Assembly: GCA_047150005.1 (NCBI GenBank)
Contig: AP038806.1
Coordinates: 704,001 to 768,000 of the forward strand
DNA: 64,000 nucleotides
Reading direction: 5' to 3'
Source of the DNA: Nitrospira sp.
Lineage (GTDB): Bacteria; Nitrospirota; Nitrospiria; Nitrospirales; Nitrospiraceae
Within the stretch, counting starts at the first letter, position 1. The number at the start of each line of letters is the position of its first letter. Under the pieces are notes generated by a model, which saw nothing but the letters and a program-made list of their open reading frames with translations, ran no database searches and was not told the DNA's origin. Both the position numbers and the translations under genes were made by a program. Below are positions 26,720 to 37,818 of this stretch, piece by piece.

Positions 26720-28152
26720 TTCGTAGCTGACTTCGCAGTCTTTCCGGTTTGGAGATACCGGTCGATGCCTGCGGCCATCTTGCGGCCTTCGGCGATCGCC
26801 CACACGATGAGCGAGGCGCCGCGCTTCGTATCACCGCCGGCGAAGACGCCGGCGAGGTTGGTCATGAAGTTGTCGTCCACTGTCACCGCGCCGCGCTGGT
26901 CGTACGTCACGCCGAGGCTGTCGAGCAGACCGTTCTTCACCGGCCCGGTGAATCCCATGGCTAGCAGAACGAGGTCCACATCCATCTCGAAGTCAGTGTC
27001 GGACATCGGGATGAACTTGCCGCCTTCGAATGTCACGCGATGGGCATGAAGCTTCGTAACGTGGCCGTTGTGTCCCGTGAACTTCGTCGTCGAGACGCTC
27101 CATTGACGGTCGCAGCCCTCTTCGTGCGCATGGGACGTCCGCAGTTGCATTGGCCAGAGGGGCCAGGGAGTTGAATCTGCCCGCTGCGGAGGAGGCTCAG
27201 GGAGCAATTCAAACTGGTGCGCCTCCACGCAACCCTGACGATGCGCAGTGCCCAAACAGTCGGATCCTGTATCGCCGCCACCGATGATCACGACCCGCTT
27301 ACCCTTTGCCGTGAGCGGTTCTTCCGTCACAGGAATGCCCGCCGTGCGCCTGTTCTGCTGCGTCAGGTACTCCATCGCCAGATGCACGCCCTTGAGTTCC
27401 CGGCCTGGGATCGGCAGCTCACGAGCCTGCTCAGCCCCCATCGTGAGTCCGACCGCATCGAACTGTTTCCGGAGTTGTTCTCCGGTGATGTCCTTGCCGA
27501 TTGTCACGCCGGTCTTGAACTCCACCCCTTCCGCCTTCATCTGTTCGAGCCGACGGTCGATAACCCATTTCTCCATCTTAAAATCCGGAATGCCATAGCG
27601 GAGCAACCCGCCGATGCGGTCGGCCTTTTCGAACAATGTCACGCTATGGCCGGCGCGCGCCAACTGCTGCGCTGCCGCCATGCCTGCCGGACCTGAACCC
27701 ACGATCGCGACCGTCTTGCCCGTTTTTGCGACCGGCATGACGGGGAACACAAGCCCTTCGTTGAAGCCGCGGTCGATGATGTTCCATTCGATGATGCGGA
27801 TGGAGACCGGATCTTCGTTGATGCCGAGTACGCAGGCTCCCTCGCAGGGAGCCGGACAAAGACGCCCGGTGAATTCGGGGAAGTTGTTGGTGCTGTGCAG
27901 GGCTTTGAGCGCATCTTGCCATCGGCCGCGATACACCAGATCGTTCCACTCGGGAATGAGGTTCACCACGGGACAGCCGGTGCTGCCCTGGCAGAACGGC
28001 ACGCCGCAATCCATGCAGCGCGCGCCCTGAATCTTCAGTTTGTCCTCGGAGATGGGCTCGTACATCTCCTTCCAGTCGAGCAGACGCAGTTCGACCGGCT
28101 TCCGCTTCGGGCCCTCGCGGGCATATTTCATGAAGCCTTTTGGATCACCCAT
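26716..28152 (-). CDS. gltD: Glutamate synthase small (beta) subunit
   Basis: RCMDCGVPFC, NNFPEFTGRLCPAPCEGAC, GSGPAG and GGGDTGSDC. Confidence 0.97.
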   Translation of the reverse strand: MGDPKGFMKYAREGPKRKPVELRLLDWKEMYEPISEDKLKIQGARCMDCGVPFCQGSTGCPVVNLIPEWNDLVYRGRWQDALKALHSTNNFPEFTGRLCPAPCEGACVLGINEDPVSIRIIEWNIIDRGFNEGLVFPVMPVAKTGKTVAIVGSGPAGMAAAQQLARAGHSVTLFEKADRIGGLLRYGIPDFKMEKWVIDRRLEQMKAEGVEFKTGVTIGKDITGEQLRKQFDAVGLTMGAEQARELPIPGRELKGVHLAMEYLTQQNRRTAGIPVTEEPLTAKGKRVVIIGGGDTGSDCLGTAHRQGCVEAHQFELLPEPPPQRADSTPWPLWPMQLRTSHAHEEGCDRQWSVSTTKFTGHNGHVTKLHAHRVTFEGGKFIPMSDTDFEMDVDLVLLAMGFTGPVKNGLLDSLGVTYDQRGAVTVDDNFMTNLAGVFAGGDTKRGASLIVWAIAEGRKMAAGIDRYLQTGKTAKSATK

Positions 28153-28164
28153 ATCCTTAGTTCC

Positions 28165-28264
28165 GAGTGCTGAGTGCTAAGTGCTGAGTGCAGAAGCGTA
28201 AGAGCGGATTGACTGCTAGGCGACGTTTTTCCATCTCAGCACCCAGCACTCTCTACTCAGCACT
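28165..28264. repeat. Inverted pair of heptamer tandem arrays between gltB and gltD
   Basis: (gagtgct)x4 at 28165-28192, then (ctcagca)-type x4 at 28235-28262. Confidence 0.82.
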
Positions 28265-28267
28265 GTT

Positions 28268-31200
28268 CTAGTGTACCGCGCTCGCCTTGCGTTTCCGTTC
28301 TTCCAGCACCCGCTTGTAATCGACCGGCATCACCTTCACGAATTTCGGCAGCGTAGCGTCAAACGCATCGAGCACCTGCTTGGCTTTGCGGCTGCCCGTG
28401 TACATGAAATGTTTGGTGATCAAGTCATGGAGCAGTTGTTTGTCTTCCTTCATCGCAAGCGGCTCCAATTCCACCATGCCGGTGTTGCATCGGCTCTGGA
28501 ATTTCCCGAGATCATCCAGCACGAACGCGACGCCGCCCGACATGCCCGCGGCGAAATTCCTGCCGGTTCGTCCAAGCACGACCACGACTCCGCCCGTCAT
28601 GTATTCACAGCCGTGATCGCCCGTTCCCTCGACGACGGCCCGGGCGCCACTGTTTCTGACGGCAAACCGCTCGCCCGCCATGCCGTAGAAGTAGGCTTCA
28701 CCCTGGGTCGCACCGTAGAGCGACGTATTGCCGATGAGGATCGTGTCCTCCGGCGTGAACAACACGTCCTTGGGAGGAAACACGATGATCTTGCCGCCGG
28801 ACAGGCCTTTGCCGATGTAGTCGTTGGACTCGCCTTCAAGCGTCAGCGTCACGCCCCGAGCCAGGAATGCGCCGAACGATTGCCCCGCGGACCCGGTGAA
28901 CTTGATCGAGATCGTATCCTCCGGCAAGCCGTCCAGTCCGTACTTTTTCGCAATTTTGCTCGACAGCACCGTGCCGGTCGTGCGGTTCACGTTCTTGATC
29001 GGCAGCTCGACCGTCACCTTCTCGCCTTTCTCGATCGCCGGCTTGCACAGTTCCACCAGCTTATTGTCGAGAATGTCGGCCAGGCCATGATCCTGCTTTT
29101 GCACGCAGTATCGCGGCACGTCCGGCCCCACGTCGGGCATCGTCAGCAACGGGGTGAGGTCCAACCCCTTTGCCTTCCAGTGATCGACCGCCTTCGTGAT
29201 TTTGAGCTTGTCCACCCGACCGACCATTTCGTTGATCGTCCGGAACCCGAGCTTGGCCATCAGCTGCCGGGCTTCTTCCGCGACAAAGAACAGATAGTTG
29301 ACGATATGCTCCGGCTTGCCGTTGAACTTCTTGCGCAGCTCTGGATCTTGCGTCGCGATCCCGACCGGGCAGGTGTTCAGATGGCATTTGCGCATCATGA
29401 TGCAGCCTTCGACGATCAACGGCGCCGTCGCAAAACCGTACTCCTCCGCGCCGAGCAGCGTGGCGATCACGACGTCGCGGCCTGTTTTCATCTGTCCGTC
29501 CGTTTCGACCCTGATACGGCCGCGCAAATCGTTGAGCACCAGCGTCTGATGTGTTTCCGCCAATCCCAGCTCCCAAGGAATGCCGCCGTACTTGATCGAC
29601 GACAGCGGTGACGCGCCGGTCCCGCCGGAATCGCCACTGATCAATACCTTGTCCGCGTGGGCTTTGGATACGCCGGCTGCGACCGTGCCGACCCCGACTT
29701 CCGCGACTAGTTTTACCGACACGCCGGCGTCCGGATTGGAGTTCTTCAGATCGAAGATCAACTGGGCCAGATCCTCGATCGAATAAATGTCGTGGTGTGG
29801 CGGCGGCGAAATCAGCTGCACCCCCGGCGTCGCGTACCGAAACTTCGCGATGTTTTCATCGACTTTGTGGCCCGGCAACTGGCCGCCTTCGCCGGGTTTT
29901 GCGCCCTGCGCCATCTTGATCTGCAGTTCGCGAGCGTTCACCAGATAGTGGGCCGTCACGCCGAACCGCGCCGACGCCACCTGCTTGATGTAGCTGTTCT
30001 TGGAATCTCCATTCGGCAACGGCGTGAAGCGTTCGGGATCCTCGCCGCCCTCGCCGGTATTGCTCTTGCCGCCGAGCCGGTTCATCGCGATCGCGAGCGT
30101 CTCGTGCGCCTCCTTGCTGATCGACCCGAACGACATGGCGCCGGTGTTGAAGCGCTTGACGATGTCTTTGGCAGGCTCGACTTCCTCGATCGAAATCGGG
30201 GTCTGTGCGAACTTGAAATCGAGCAGGCCGCGCAGATTCGACCGCCGCTTGCTTTCGTCGTTCACCAACTGGGCGAAGTCGGCGTAGGTCTTCGCGTCGT
30301 TGGCGCGGCTGGCATGCTGCAGCTTGTAGATCGTCTCCGGATTCCAGTTATGGTGCTCGCCCTGGATGCGGTAGTGAATCTCCCCGCCGAAATCGAGCTG
30401 TCTGATGGCGGCCGGCTCGTAGGCCACGCGATGCCGGCGCAACGTCTCCTCGCCGATCTCGGGGATTCCGACCCCCTCCACCCGCGACGGGGTGCCTGTG
30501 AAGTAGCGGTCGATCAATTCATGATTCAAACCGATCGCTTCGAAGATCTGCGCCCCGCAGTAGGACTGCACCGTCGAGATGCCCATCTTGGAGAAGATCT
30601 TGAGCAGGCCCTTGTTGATGGCCTTGATGAACTTGCCCTCCGCCGTCTGGGCATCGAGCCCTTCCGGCAGATAGTTGTCGCGCTCCATGTCCACGAGCGA
30701 TTCGAACACAAGATAGGGATTGATGGTCCCGGCCCCGTAGCCGATCAGACAGGCGAACTGGTGCACGTCGCGCGGCTCGCCGGTTTCGAGAATCAGTCCG
30801 ACCTCCGTCCTGGTGCATTCCCGCACCAGATGGTGGTGCACGGCCGAGATGCCAAGCAGGCTCGGGATCGGCGCCCATTCTTGATTGACGCCGCGATCGC
30901 TCAGAATCAGGAACTTGTAGCCGTCCTTGATCGCCTGCGAGGCCTCTCGGCACAACTCGTCGACCGCCGCGCCGAGTCCGTCCGGACCTTCGGCCACGGG
31001 GAACAGCATGCGGAGCGTCTTGCTCTTGAAGTTCGGATCCGAGATACCCCGGATCTTCTGCAGGTCGGCGTTCGTCAGAATTGGCTGCTGCACCTTGATG
31101 CGGCGGCAGGACTCCGGCGATTCATCCATGAGATTGGGCTTCGGCCCGATGTTGGTCACCAGCGACATCACGAGCTGCTCGCGGATCGGATCGATCGGCG

Positions 31201-32788
31201 GATTCGTCACCTGCGCGAACAGTTGCTTGAAATACTTGAAGAGCAGCTGCGGCCTGTCCGACAGCACGGCGAGTGGTGTATCAGTTCCCATCGACGAAAT
31301 GGCTTCTTCGCCGGTCACGATCATGGGTGTGATGACCATCTTGAGCTCTTCGACCGTATAGCCGAAGGCCTGCTGCCGCTGGCGGATCGTCGGATGATCC
31401 GGCTGCGGGACGTTCAACGGCTCGGGCAACTCGTCGAGCGAGACGCCGTACTGCGTCACCCAGCTTCGATACGGCTTACGGCCGACGATGTCGGCCTTGA
31501 TCTCTTCATCGTCGATGATGCGGCCCTTCACCGTGTCGACGAGGAACATGCGGCCCGGCATGAGCCGGCCCTTCATGCGGATGTTCTTGGCGGCGGCCGG
31601 AAGGACACCGGCCTCGGAAGCCAACACGACCATGCCGTCCGTCGTCACGTGGTAGCGGCAAGGCCTGAGCCCGTTGCGGTCCAGCGTCGCGCCGATCATT
31701 TTACCGTCGGTGAAACAGACCGCGGCCGGGCCATCCCAGGGTTCCATCATCGCCGCGTGATATTGATAGAAGCCGCGCCGGTCCAGATCCATCTGGGGAT
31801 TGGCCACCCAAGGTTCCGGAATCAGCATCATCATCGTGTGCGGCAATGAGCGACCGCCCAAAAGCAGAAACTCGAGCGCGTTGTCGAGGCAGGCCGAATC
31901 GCTCTGGTTTTCCGAAACGATCGGGAAAAGCTTTTCCATGTCCTTGCCGAAGAGCTCGGAGTGGAGCCGGCCCTGCCGCGCCTTCATCCAATTGACGTTG
32001 CCCTTCAACGTATTGATTTCGCCGTTATGGCACACGTAGCGATAGGGATGAGCCAGCGGCCAGGTCGGGAAGGTGTTCGTGCTGAAACGGGAATGGACCA
32101 GGGCCAACGCGCTGACCATGCGCTCGTCGTTGAGGTCCTGATAGTAGGCCGCCATCTGATGCGGCAGCAGCAAGCCCTTGTAGACAATGGTGTTCGCCGA
32201 CAGACTGGGCACGTAAAAGTATTCGCGCCCCTGAATCGCCGATTCCTTGATGGCCTGTTCGACCCGCTTTCGGATGACGTACAGCTTGCGCTCGAACTGT
32301 GCGTCATTGAGCACGTCGCGGGCAATGAAGACCTGGCGCATGAAGGGCTCGGTCTTCCGCGCCTGCACCCCGATGGCGTCGCTCTTCACCGCCACGTCGC
32401 GCCAACCGAGCAGACGGGTGCCTTCCTCCTCGATGATCTTCGCAAACAGTTTCTCGCATTGCTTGCGGGCGTCGGCGTTCGGCGGCAGGAACAGCTGCCC
32501 CACGCCGTACTCCCCGGCTCCGGGCAGCTTCACGCCGGCGTCTCCGGCGGCACGCAGCAGGAACTCATGCGGCACCTGAAGCAGAATTCCCGCGCCGTCT
32601 CCGGTGCAAGGATCACAGCCTTGCGCGCCGCGATGGGTCAGGTTTTCCAGGACCAGAAGCCCCTTGCGGACGATTTCGTGTGACTTGTGTCCTTTGATGT
32701 TGACGACGAACCCGATCCCGCACGAATCTTTTTCGTGTTGAGGGTCGTAGAGCCCTTGCTTCGGTGGAAGCCCTGGCAGTTCCATCAT
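28268..32788 (-). CDS. gltB: Glutamate synthase large subunit
   Basis: [55 protein letters not shown] and GXGXG domain. Confidence 0.98.
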   Translation of the reverse strand: MMELPGLPPKQGLYDPQHEKDSCGIGFVVNIKGHKSHEIVRKGLLVLENLTHRGAQGCDPCTGDGAGILLQVPHEFLLRAAGDAGVKLPGAGEYGVGQLFLPPNADARKQCEKLFAKIIEEEGTRLLGWRDVAVKSDAIGVQARKTEPFMRQVFIARDVLNDAQFERKLYVIRKRVEQAIKESAIQGREYFYVPSLSANTIVYKGLLLPHQMAAYYQDLNDERMVSALALVHSRFSTNTFPTWPLAHPYRYVCHNGEINTLKGNVNWMKARQGRLHSELFGKDMEKLFPIVSENQSDSACLDNALEFLLLGGRSLPHTMMMLIPEPWVANPQMDLDRRGFYQYHAAMMEPWDGPAAVCFTDGKMIGATLDRNGLRPCRYHVTTDGMVVLASEAGVLPAAAKNIRMKGRLMPGRMFLVDTVKGRIIDDEEIKADIVGRKPYRSWVTQYGVSLDELPEPLNVPQPDHPTIRQRQQAFGYTVEELKMVITPMIVTGEEAISSMGTDTPLAVLSDRPQLLFKYFKQLFAQVTNPPIDPIREQLVMSLVTNIGPKPNLMDESPESCRRIKVQQPILTNADLQKIRGISDPNFKSKTLRMLFPVAEGPDGLGAAVDELCREASQAIKDGYKFLILSDRGVNQEWAPIPSLLGISAVHHHLVRECTRTEVGLILETGEPRDVHQFACLIGYGAGTINPYLVFESLVDMERDNYLPEGLDAQTAEGKFIKAINKGLLKIFSKMGISTVQSYCGAQIFEAIGLNHELIDRYFTGTPSRVEGVGIPEIGEETLRRHRVAYEPAAIRQLDFGGEIHYRIQGEHHNWNPETIYKLQHASRANDAKTYADFAQLVNDESKRRSNLRGLLDFKFAQTPISIEEVEPAKDIVKRFNTGAMSFGSISKEAHETLAIAMNRLGGKSNTGEGGEDPERFTPLPNGDSKNSYIKQVASARFGVTAHYLVNARELQIKMAQGAKPGEGGQLPGHKVDENIAKFRYATPGVQLISPPPHHDIYSIEDLAQLIFDLKNSNPDAGVSVKLVAEVGVGTVAAGVSKAHADKVLISGDSGGTGASPLSSIKYGGIPWELGLAETHQTLVLNDLRGRIRVETDGQMKTGRDVVIATLLGAEEYGFATAPLIVEGCIMMRKCHLNTCPVGIATQDPELRKKFNGKPEHIVNYLFFVAEEARQLMAKLGFRTINEMVGRVDKLKITKAVDHWKAKGLDLTPLLTMPDVGPDVPRYCVQKQDHGLADILDNKLVELCKPAIEKGEKVTVELPIKNVNRTTGTVLSSKIAKKYGLDGLPEDTISIKFTGSAGQSFGAFLARGVTLTLEGESNDYIGKGLSGGKIIVFPPKDVLFTPEDTILIGNTSLYGATQGEAYFYGMAGERFAVRNSGARAVVEGTGDHGCEYMTGGVVVVLGRTGRNFAAGMSGGVAFVLDDLGKFQSRCNTGMVELEPLAMKEDKQLLHDLITKHFMYTGSRKAKQVLDAFDATLPKFVKVMPVDYKRVLEERKRKASAVH

Positions 32789-32903
32789 CGTATCTCGTGA
32801 GAAAGGCAGGTCTTTTCCTGCTGGACGGAAGCCATGCCGAGAGGAACCTGGGACGTGAGAATCCCGTTTGTCCTGAAGCGATGTCCGTTCTAAATCGTGG
32901 TTC

Positions 32904-32933
32904 ACAATAATGGAAGGGTTATTCTTCTGTCAA
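32904..32933 (-). promoter_or_regulatory. Putative sigma70 promoter of gltBD
   Basis: TTGACA-18 nt-TATTGT on the minus strand. Confidence 0.55.
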
Positions 32934-32967
32934 GCCGATGAGAGACGCGGGTTTGCGGGCGGTTCGC

Positions 32968-32997
32968 TTGACTTTGTTTCCTTCTCTGCCCTACCAT
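32968..32997 (+). promoter_or_regulatory. Putative sigma70 promoter of the prenyltransferase (leaderless geometry)
   Basis: TTGACT-18 nt-TACCAT, 7 nt before ATG 33005. Confidence 0.6.
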
Positions 32998-33004
32998 CCG
33001 CCGC

Positions 33005-34009
33005 ATGCCACAGGGTCCCGTCATCTCATCCATTCAGACCATGGCGGATGTCTGGGACGCCTATCGTCACGAGCTGGAGGGGGTCGAAGACCAGGTCCGG
33101 AAGAATCTCGACTCCAGCGTCACCCTCGTCAATACCGTCGCCGCCCACATCCTCAACAGCGGAGGCAAGCGGATCAGGCCCCTCCTGTTGTTGCTCAGCG
33201 CCCAGCTGTGCGGTTATGCCGGCCGGGATCACCATCAGCTCGGAAGTCTCGTCGAATTCATCCACACGGCGACCCTGCTCCACGACGATGTCGTGGACGA
33301 TGCGGACCTCCGCCGGGGCAGGAGAACTGCCCGTAAAGTCTGGGGAAATCAAATCAGCATCCTGGTCGGAGACTATCTCTATTCCAAGGCCATGTGCCAG
33401 GTGGTCGAGTTCCGGAGCCAGGGCATCAATGAAGTCCTCGCCGAAGCTTGCAAGAAAATGGCGGAGGGCGAAGTCCTGCAGCTTCATTACAACGGGAACC
33501 CGGCCATGCCGGAAGCGGACTATCTGAAAGTCGTGGAACACAAGACCGCCGGTCTGATCGCCGCGGCCTGCCGCATGGGAGCCATCCTTGCCGACGCGCC
33601 GGAACCACAACAGGATGCGTTGTTCCGCTTCGGGCAGTATCTCGGCATTGCGTTTCAGGTGGCGGACGACACCCTGGACTACACGGCAAACGGAGAGTCC
33701 CTGGGCAAAACGCTCGGCCAAGATCTCCGGCAAGGGAAAGCGACGCTCCCGCTCCTGCATCTGCTGCAACATTGCTCGGAGAGTGACCGGCAGATGATCA
33801 AGGACCGGATGGAAACCCGTACGTTGAACGACAACGACCTGACCCGCTTCCTCCACCTCATGGAGGACTATGGGTCCATCACCTATGCGCTGGACCGTGC
33901 GCAGGACTATATCGCCGCGGCCAAACGAGATCTCAGCTCGTTCGAAGACAGCACAGCCAAGCGAGCCCTTTCGGTGGCTGCCGACTACATGGTAACCCGC
34001 GACCGGTAA
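33005..34009 (+). CDS. ispB: Polyprenyl (octaprenyl-like) diphosphate synthase
   Basis: GGKRIRP, LLHDDVVD...RRG, KTA, FQVADDTLD, GKATLP. Confidence 0.88.
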   Translation: MPQGPVISSIQTMADVWDAYRHELEGVEDQVRKNLDSSVTLVNTVAAHILNSGGKRIRPLLLLLSAQLCGYAGRDHHQLGSLVEFIHTATLLHDDVVDDADLRRGRRTARKVWGNQISILVGDYLYSKAMCQVVEFRSQGINEVLAEACKKMAEGEVLQLHYNGNPAMPEADYLKVVEHKTAGLIAAACRMGAILADAPEPQQDALFRFGQYLGIAFQVADDTLDYTANGESLGKTLGQDLRQGKATLPLLHLLQHCSESDRQMIKDRMETRTLNDNDLTRFLHLMEDYGSITYALDRAQDYIAAAKRDLSSFEDSTAKRALSVAADYMVTRDR

Positions 34010-34133
34010 CCGTTTTTCGCACGTGTTCCATCGCCTTCACCGGCTGGAACGGGCAACGTCGGACAAACGGCCCAACCCCTCGAGTTTGCCCAGGCACCTC
34101 TACATTTGTTCATTTGGCAGAAAAGGATGACGC

Positions 34134-35459
34134 ATGGCACACATCATTCCCTTCCGAGGCACACTGTACGATCAAGCAACCGTCGGTTCTATCCGCGAAG
34201 TGGTCGCGCCGCCGTATGACATCATCGACGCCGCCGGACAGCAAGCCCTTCACGATCGACATTCGCACAACATCATCCGCTTGGAACTCGGCACAGACCA
34301 ACCGGGGGACAGCGCCGCCGACAACCGGTACACCCGCGCCGCCGCCACCCTGCGTGATTGGTTGAAAACCGGCGCCATGAAACGGGATGCGCAGCCGGCC
34401 CTCTATTACCACACCATCGAATACCGTCCTCCGGATTCCGCGGCCGACGCGCCGGGCAGAGTGCTGCGGGGGTTTCTCATCACCACGAAATTGGAGCCGC
34501 TCGATTCCGGGCACATCTATCCCCATGAAAATACCCGTGCCGCCGCCAAGACCGACCGCCTGAACTTACTGGAGGCCTGCCGCGCGAACCTAAGCCCGAT
34601 CTGGCTGCTCTATTCCGATCCACAGAACGCCGTGCTGAGTTTGTTGGAAGACGCCGTCAAGGGCGTGCCGGCCCGCATCGACTTTCGAGACGACGCGGGC
34701 TGCCGCCAGCAGCTATGGGCCGTGACGGACCCCTCGGTGCTGACGCAGATCATCGACGTGATGGCGAGCAAACCGCTCTTCATCGCCGACGGACACCATC
34801 GGTACGAAACGGCGCTCAACTACCAACGCGCCCGCCGACAGCAAGCGGGTGGGTCTGTTTCGGGTCTCCAGCCCTATGACAGCGTACTCATGCTGTTGGC
34901 GCCCCTGGAGGATCCGGGTTTGACGGTGCTGCCCACTCACCGCGTCACCACCACCGCGCTGCCTCCCTATGAAGGCCTCAAAGGCCAATTGAGCGAGAAG
35001 TTCGCCGTCACGGAATTTCCCTTCACCCCGAACAACAGGACGGCCGTGCGGGCGCAGTTCATCGAGGCTCTCCGCAACCTCGGGCGCACGGCTCCCACGT
35101 TCGGATTGTCCGTGCGTGGCCTGCAGTCGTATGTGACGTTGACCTTGCTGCCCGCCCATCGACCGGGCGCCGAGACCTCGCCCCGAACCAGGCTCGACGT
35201 GTCGCTCCTGCAACAACTCGTGGTGCCGGTCCTCTGCGCCACACAGCAGGAGCAGGAAGCCATCGTCTATACCAAGGACGATGCCGAAGCGCTGGACTGG
35301 GCGCAGGAGGGGCCCGGCACCGGAGCCCTGCTGCTGAACGCCACCAAAGTCAGCGAGGTTCAGGCGGTGGCCGTGGCGGGCGAACGGATGCCTCACAAAT
35401 CGACCTACTTCTATCCCAAACCGCTGACGGGGCTGGTGATCAACGTCATGGAAGGGTAA
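34134..35459 (+). CDS. DUF1015 family protein
   Basis: PFRG, PPYD, PHENT, IADGHHRYETA, PTHR, MPHKSTYFYPK. Confidence 0.9.
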   Translation: MAHIIPFRGTLYDQATVGSIREVVAPPYDIIDAAGQQALHDRHSHNIIRLELGTDQPGDSAADNRYTRAAATLRDWLKTGAMKRDAQPALYYHTIEYRPPDSAADAPGRVLRGFLITTKLEPLDSGHIYPHENTRAAAKTDRLNLLEACRANLSPIWLLYSDPQNAVLSLLEDAVKGVPARIDFRDDAGCRQQLWAVTDPSVLTQIIDVMASKPLFIADGHHRYETALNYQRARRQQAGGSVSGLQPYDSVLMLLAPLEDPGLTVLPTHRVTTTALPPYEGLKGQLSEKFAVTEFPFTPNNRTAVRAQFIEALRNLGRTAPTFGLSVRGLQSYVTLTLLPAHRPGAETSPRTRLDVSLLQQLVVPVLCATQQEQEAIVYTKDDAEALDWAQEGPGTGALLLNATKVSEVQAVAVAGERMPHKSTYFYPKPLTGLVINVMEG

Positions 35460-35589
35460 GCGCGACCATGAACCGACACCACGCTCCGGCCGGCCCATCC
35501 CGCGGCAGCCCTCCCTGAGGTGCAGGCGTAGTCCCTCGCACCTCACCCAGACCGCCTAGCCGTCTAGAAAAGGAGGGGAAGACAAGTCT

Positions 35590-36957
35590 ATGAAAGCCAG
35601 GATCCTCATCGTCGATGACGACCCCGACATTGCCACGATGCTGGAAGATCGTCTTCAGGCCAGCGACTACGGCACCCTCGTCGCGCAGGACGGCGTACAG
35701 GCGCTTGAATTGATCGAGCAGGAGGCCCCGCAGCTCATGCTGCTGGATCTGGACATGCCCCGCCTGACTGGCTTGGAAGTCTTGAAACGGCTTCCCAAGA
35801 TCCGGGCGGCGGAGGATCTCCCGGTCATCGTCATGACCGCTCACGGGTCCATCGAGGCGGCCGTCGAGGCCATGAAGAGCGGCGCCTACGACTTCCTCAC
35901 CAAACCGCTCGACAAGGATCATCTCCTGCTGGTCATTCAGAAAGCGCTGGAGCGCGATTCCCTGAAACGGCAGGTGGCCTGCCTGAAATCAGAGATCGAT
36001 GGCCGCTATACCTCGGTCATCGGGACCAGCCCCAACATTCGTTCGGTCATGGAAGCGGCGCAACGCGCGGCAAAATCCGATGCCAGCGTGCTCCTGCTGG
36101 GCGAGAGCGGCACCGGAAAAGAACTGTTCGCCCGATCCATTCACCAATGGAGCCCGCGGCACGTCAATCCCATGATCGTCATCAATTGCGTGGCCCTTAC
36201 CGAGACGCTCCTCGAAAACGAGTTGTTCGGCCACGAGCGCGGAGCCTTTACCGGTGCCGACCGCCTGCAAAAGGGCAAGCTTGAAATGGCCGACGGAGGG
36301 ACCGTGTTCCTGGACGAAATCGGCGACATGCCGCTGGCGTTGCAAGCCAAACTGCTGCGGGTGCTTCAGGACAGGGAATTTCACCGCGTGGGAGGAACCC
36401 GCCTGGTCTCGGTCAACATCCGGATCATCGCGGCGACCAACAAGGATCTCAAGCAGGCCGTCAAGAACGGGCATTTCCGGGAGGATCTCTATTTCCGGCT
36501 GAACGTCATCACGCTGACGCTTCCGCCGCTGCGGGACCGTCCGGACGACCTGCCGCTGTTGGCCAAGTTCTTCCTGAACCGGCACGCGAAGGAGGCCAAG
36601 CGTCACGGCATGATGTTCCATCCCGAAGCAATGAACGTTATGATGCAATACACCTGGCCCGGGAATATCCGCGAACTCGACAACGTCATCGCCCGAGCCG
36701 TGATCTTGAGCCCCACGGAAATCATCGAACCGGATCTGCTGGCGATGGATGCGGCAGGACTTTCACACTCCGAATCTCTGACGTATGTCTCGCTCCCCTA
36801 CCACCGGTCGATGGAAGAGCACAGCCGGCACATCATCGACCAGGCCTTGAAACAGGCCGAAGGCAACCAGACCAAAGCCGCCGAACGGCTGCGGCTGCAG
36901 CGCACCTACCTTGCCCGGCTGATCAAGCAACAGAAGTTGAGGCAGGAGGAGCTCTAG
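35590..36957 (+). CDS. sigma54-dependent response regulator (NtrC family)
   Basis: Receiver domain, GESGTGKE, GAFTGA, FLDEIGD, WPGNIREL and Fis-type HTH. Confidence 0.95.
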   Translation: MKARILIVDDDPDIATMLEDRLQASDYGTLVAQDGVQALELIEQEAPQLMLLDLDMPRLTGLEVLKRLPKIRAAEDLPVIVMTAHGSIEAAVEAMKSGAYDFLTKPLDKDHLLLVIQKALERDSLKRQVACLKSEIDGRYTSVIGTSPNIRSVMEAAQRAAKSDASVLLLGESGTGKELFARSIHQWSPRHVNPMIVINCVALTETLLENELFGHERGAFTGADRLQKGKLEMADGGTVFLDEIGDMPLALQAKLLRVLQDREFHRVGGTRLVSVNIRIIAATNKDLKQAVKNGHFREDLYFRLNVITLTLPPLRDRPDDLPLLAKFFLNRHAKEAKRHGMMFHPEAMNVMMQYTWPGNIRELDNVIARAVILSPTEIIEPDLLAMDAAGLSHSESLTYVSLPYHRSMEEHSRHIIDQALKQAEGNQTKAAERLRLQRTYLARLIKQQKLRQEEL

Positions 36958-36974
36958 CTTCAGGCGGGGACCGA

Positions 36975-37727
36975 TCACCGAATCGGCTGGACCGTCGGCA
37001 GACGGCTCGACAGCTGAATCAGTCCCGTGGCGGCGTCATGCTCCGCCTGCGCATAGCGCTGCGGCGTCCCGATGTCCGACCAGTAGCCCCGATGTTCGAA
37101 GCCCAGGATCGGCTCGCCCCGCTGGATCGCGGCGATGTAGGCGTCGATGATCGAAGAGGCCTGCCCCTTCGGGATGTCGCGCAGAAGACGGGGATGCAGG
37201 AGGTGGAGTCCCGCAAACATGCGGGGATGCGCCAGGGTCGGCGACGAACGGCCGCGTCCGGTAATGCGGACGATCTGCTGATCGTCGTCGATTTCCACCA
37301 AGCCCCACGACGCGGCGTCGGGATCGGTCCGAACGACCAACGTGGCCGCGGCGTGATGAGCCCGATGGAAGGCGATGACGGCCTCGAGGTCGATCTCCAC
37401 AAGCGTATCGCCGTTCAAGACCAGGATCGGCTCGCCGCTGAAGTGTCCCTCGACCTGCTTGAGCGCCCCGCCGGTGCCCAGCAGCACTCGCTCGCGCGAG
37501 TAGGAAATGCGCATGCCGTATTTCGACCCGTCGCCGAGCGCCTGCTCGATCATCGGCGCGAGATGGTGCAGGTTGATGATGACGTCGCGGATTCCGTGAC
37601 GCTTCAACAAGAGCAGGTTCCAGACAATGAGCGGCGTGCCCCCCACCGGCAACAGCGGCTTGGGCATCGTGTTCGTCAGCGGCCTGAGCCTGGTGCCCAA
37701 CCCCGCCGCCAAGATCATTGCCTTCAT
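36975..37727 (-). CDS. murU: Sugar-phosphate nucleotidyltransferase, MurU-like
   Basis: MKAMILAAGLGTRLRPLT..PKPL, LGTGG, NGD, WSDIGTP; downstream of an AmgK-like kinase. Confidence 0.75.
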   Translation of the reverse strand: MKAMILAAGLGTRLRPLTNTMPKPLLPVGGTPLIVWNLLLLKRHGIRDVIINLHHLAPMIEQALGDGSKYGMRISYSRERVLLGTGGALKQVEGHFSGEPILVLNGDTLVEIDLEAVIAFHRAHHAAATLVVRTDPDAASWGLVEIDDDQQIVRITGRGRSSPTLAHPRMFAGLHLLHPRLLRDIPKGQASSIIDAYIAAIQRGEPILGFEHRGYWSDIGTPQRYAQAEHDAATGLIQLSSRLPTVQPIR

Positions 37728-37818
37728 AAATGAATGTCGTCCAGTGAATTGCACACGCTCGTGGCGGGAAGCAGCCGATGCTCGGCCTCGGCACCGGCCG
37801 GTATGACCTTGGTATCGA

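Noticed and set aside
28271..32683. Long plus-strand ORFs (446, 685 and 240 aa)
   Set aside because: Antisense shadows of gltB produced by codon bias.
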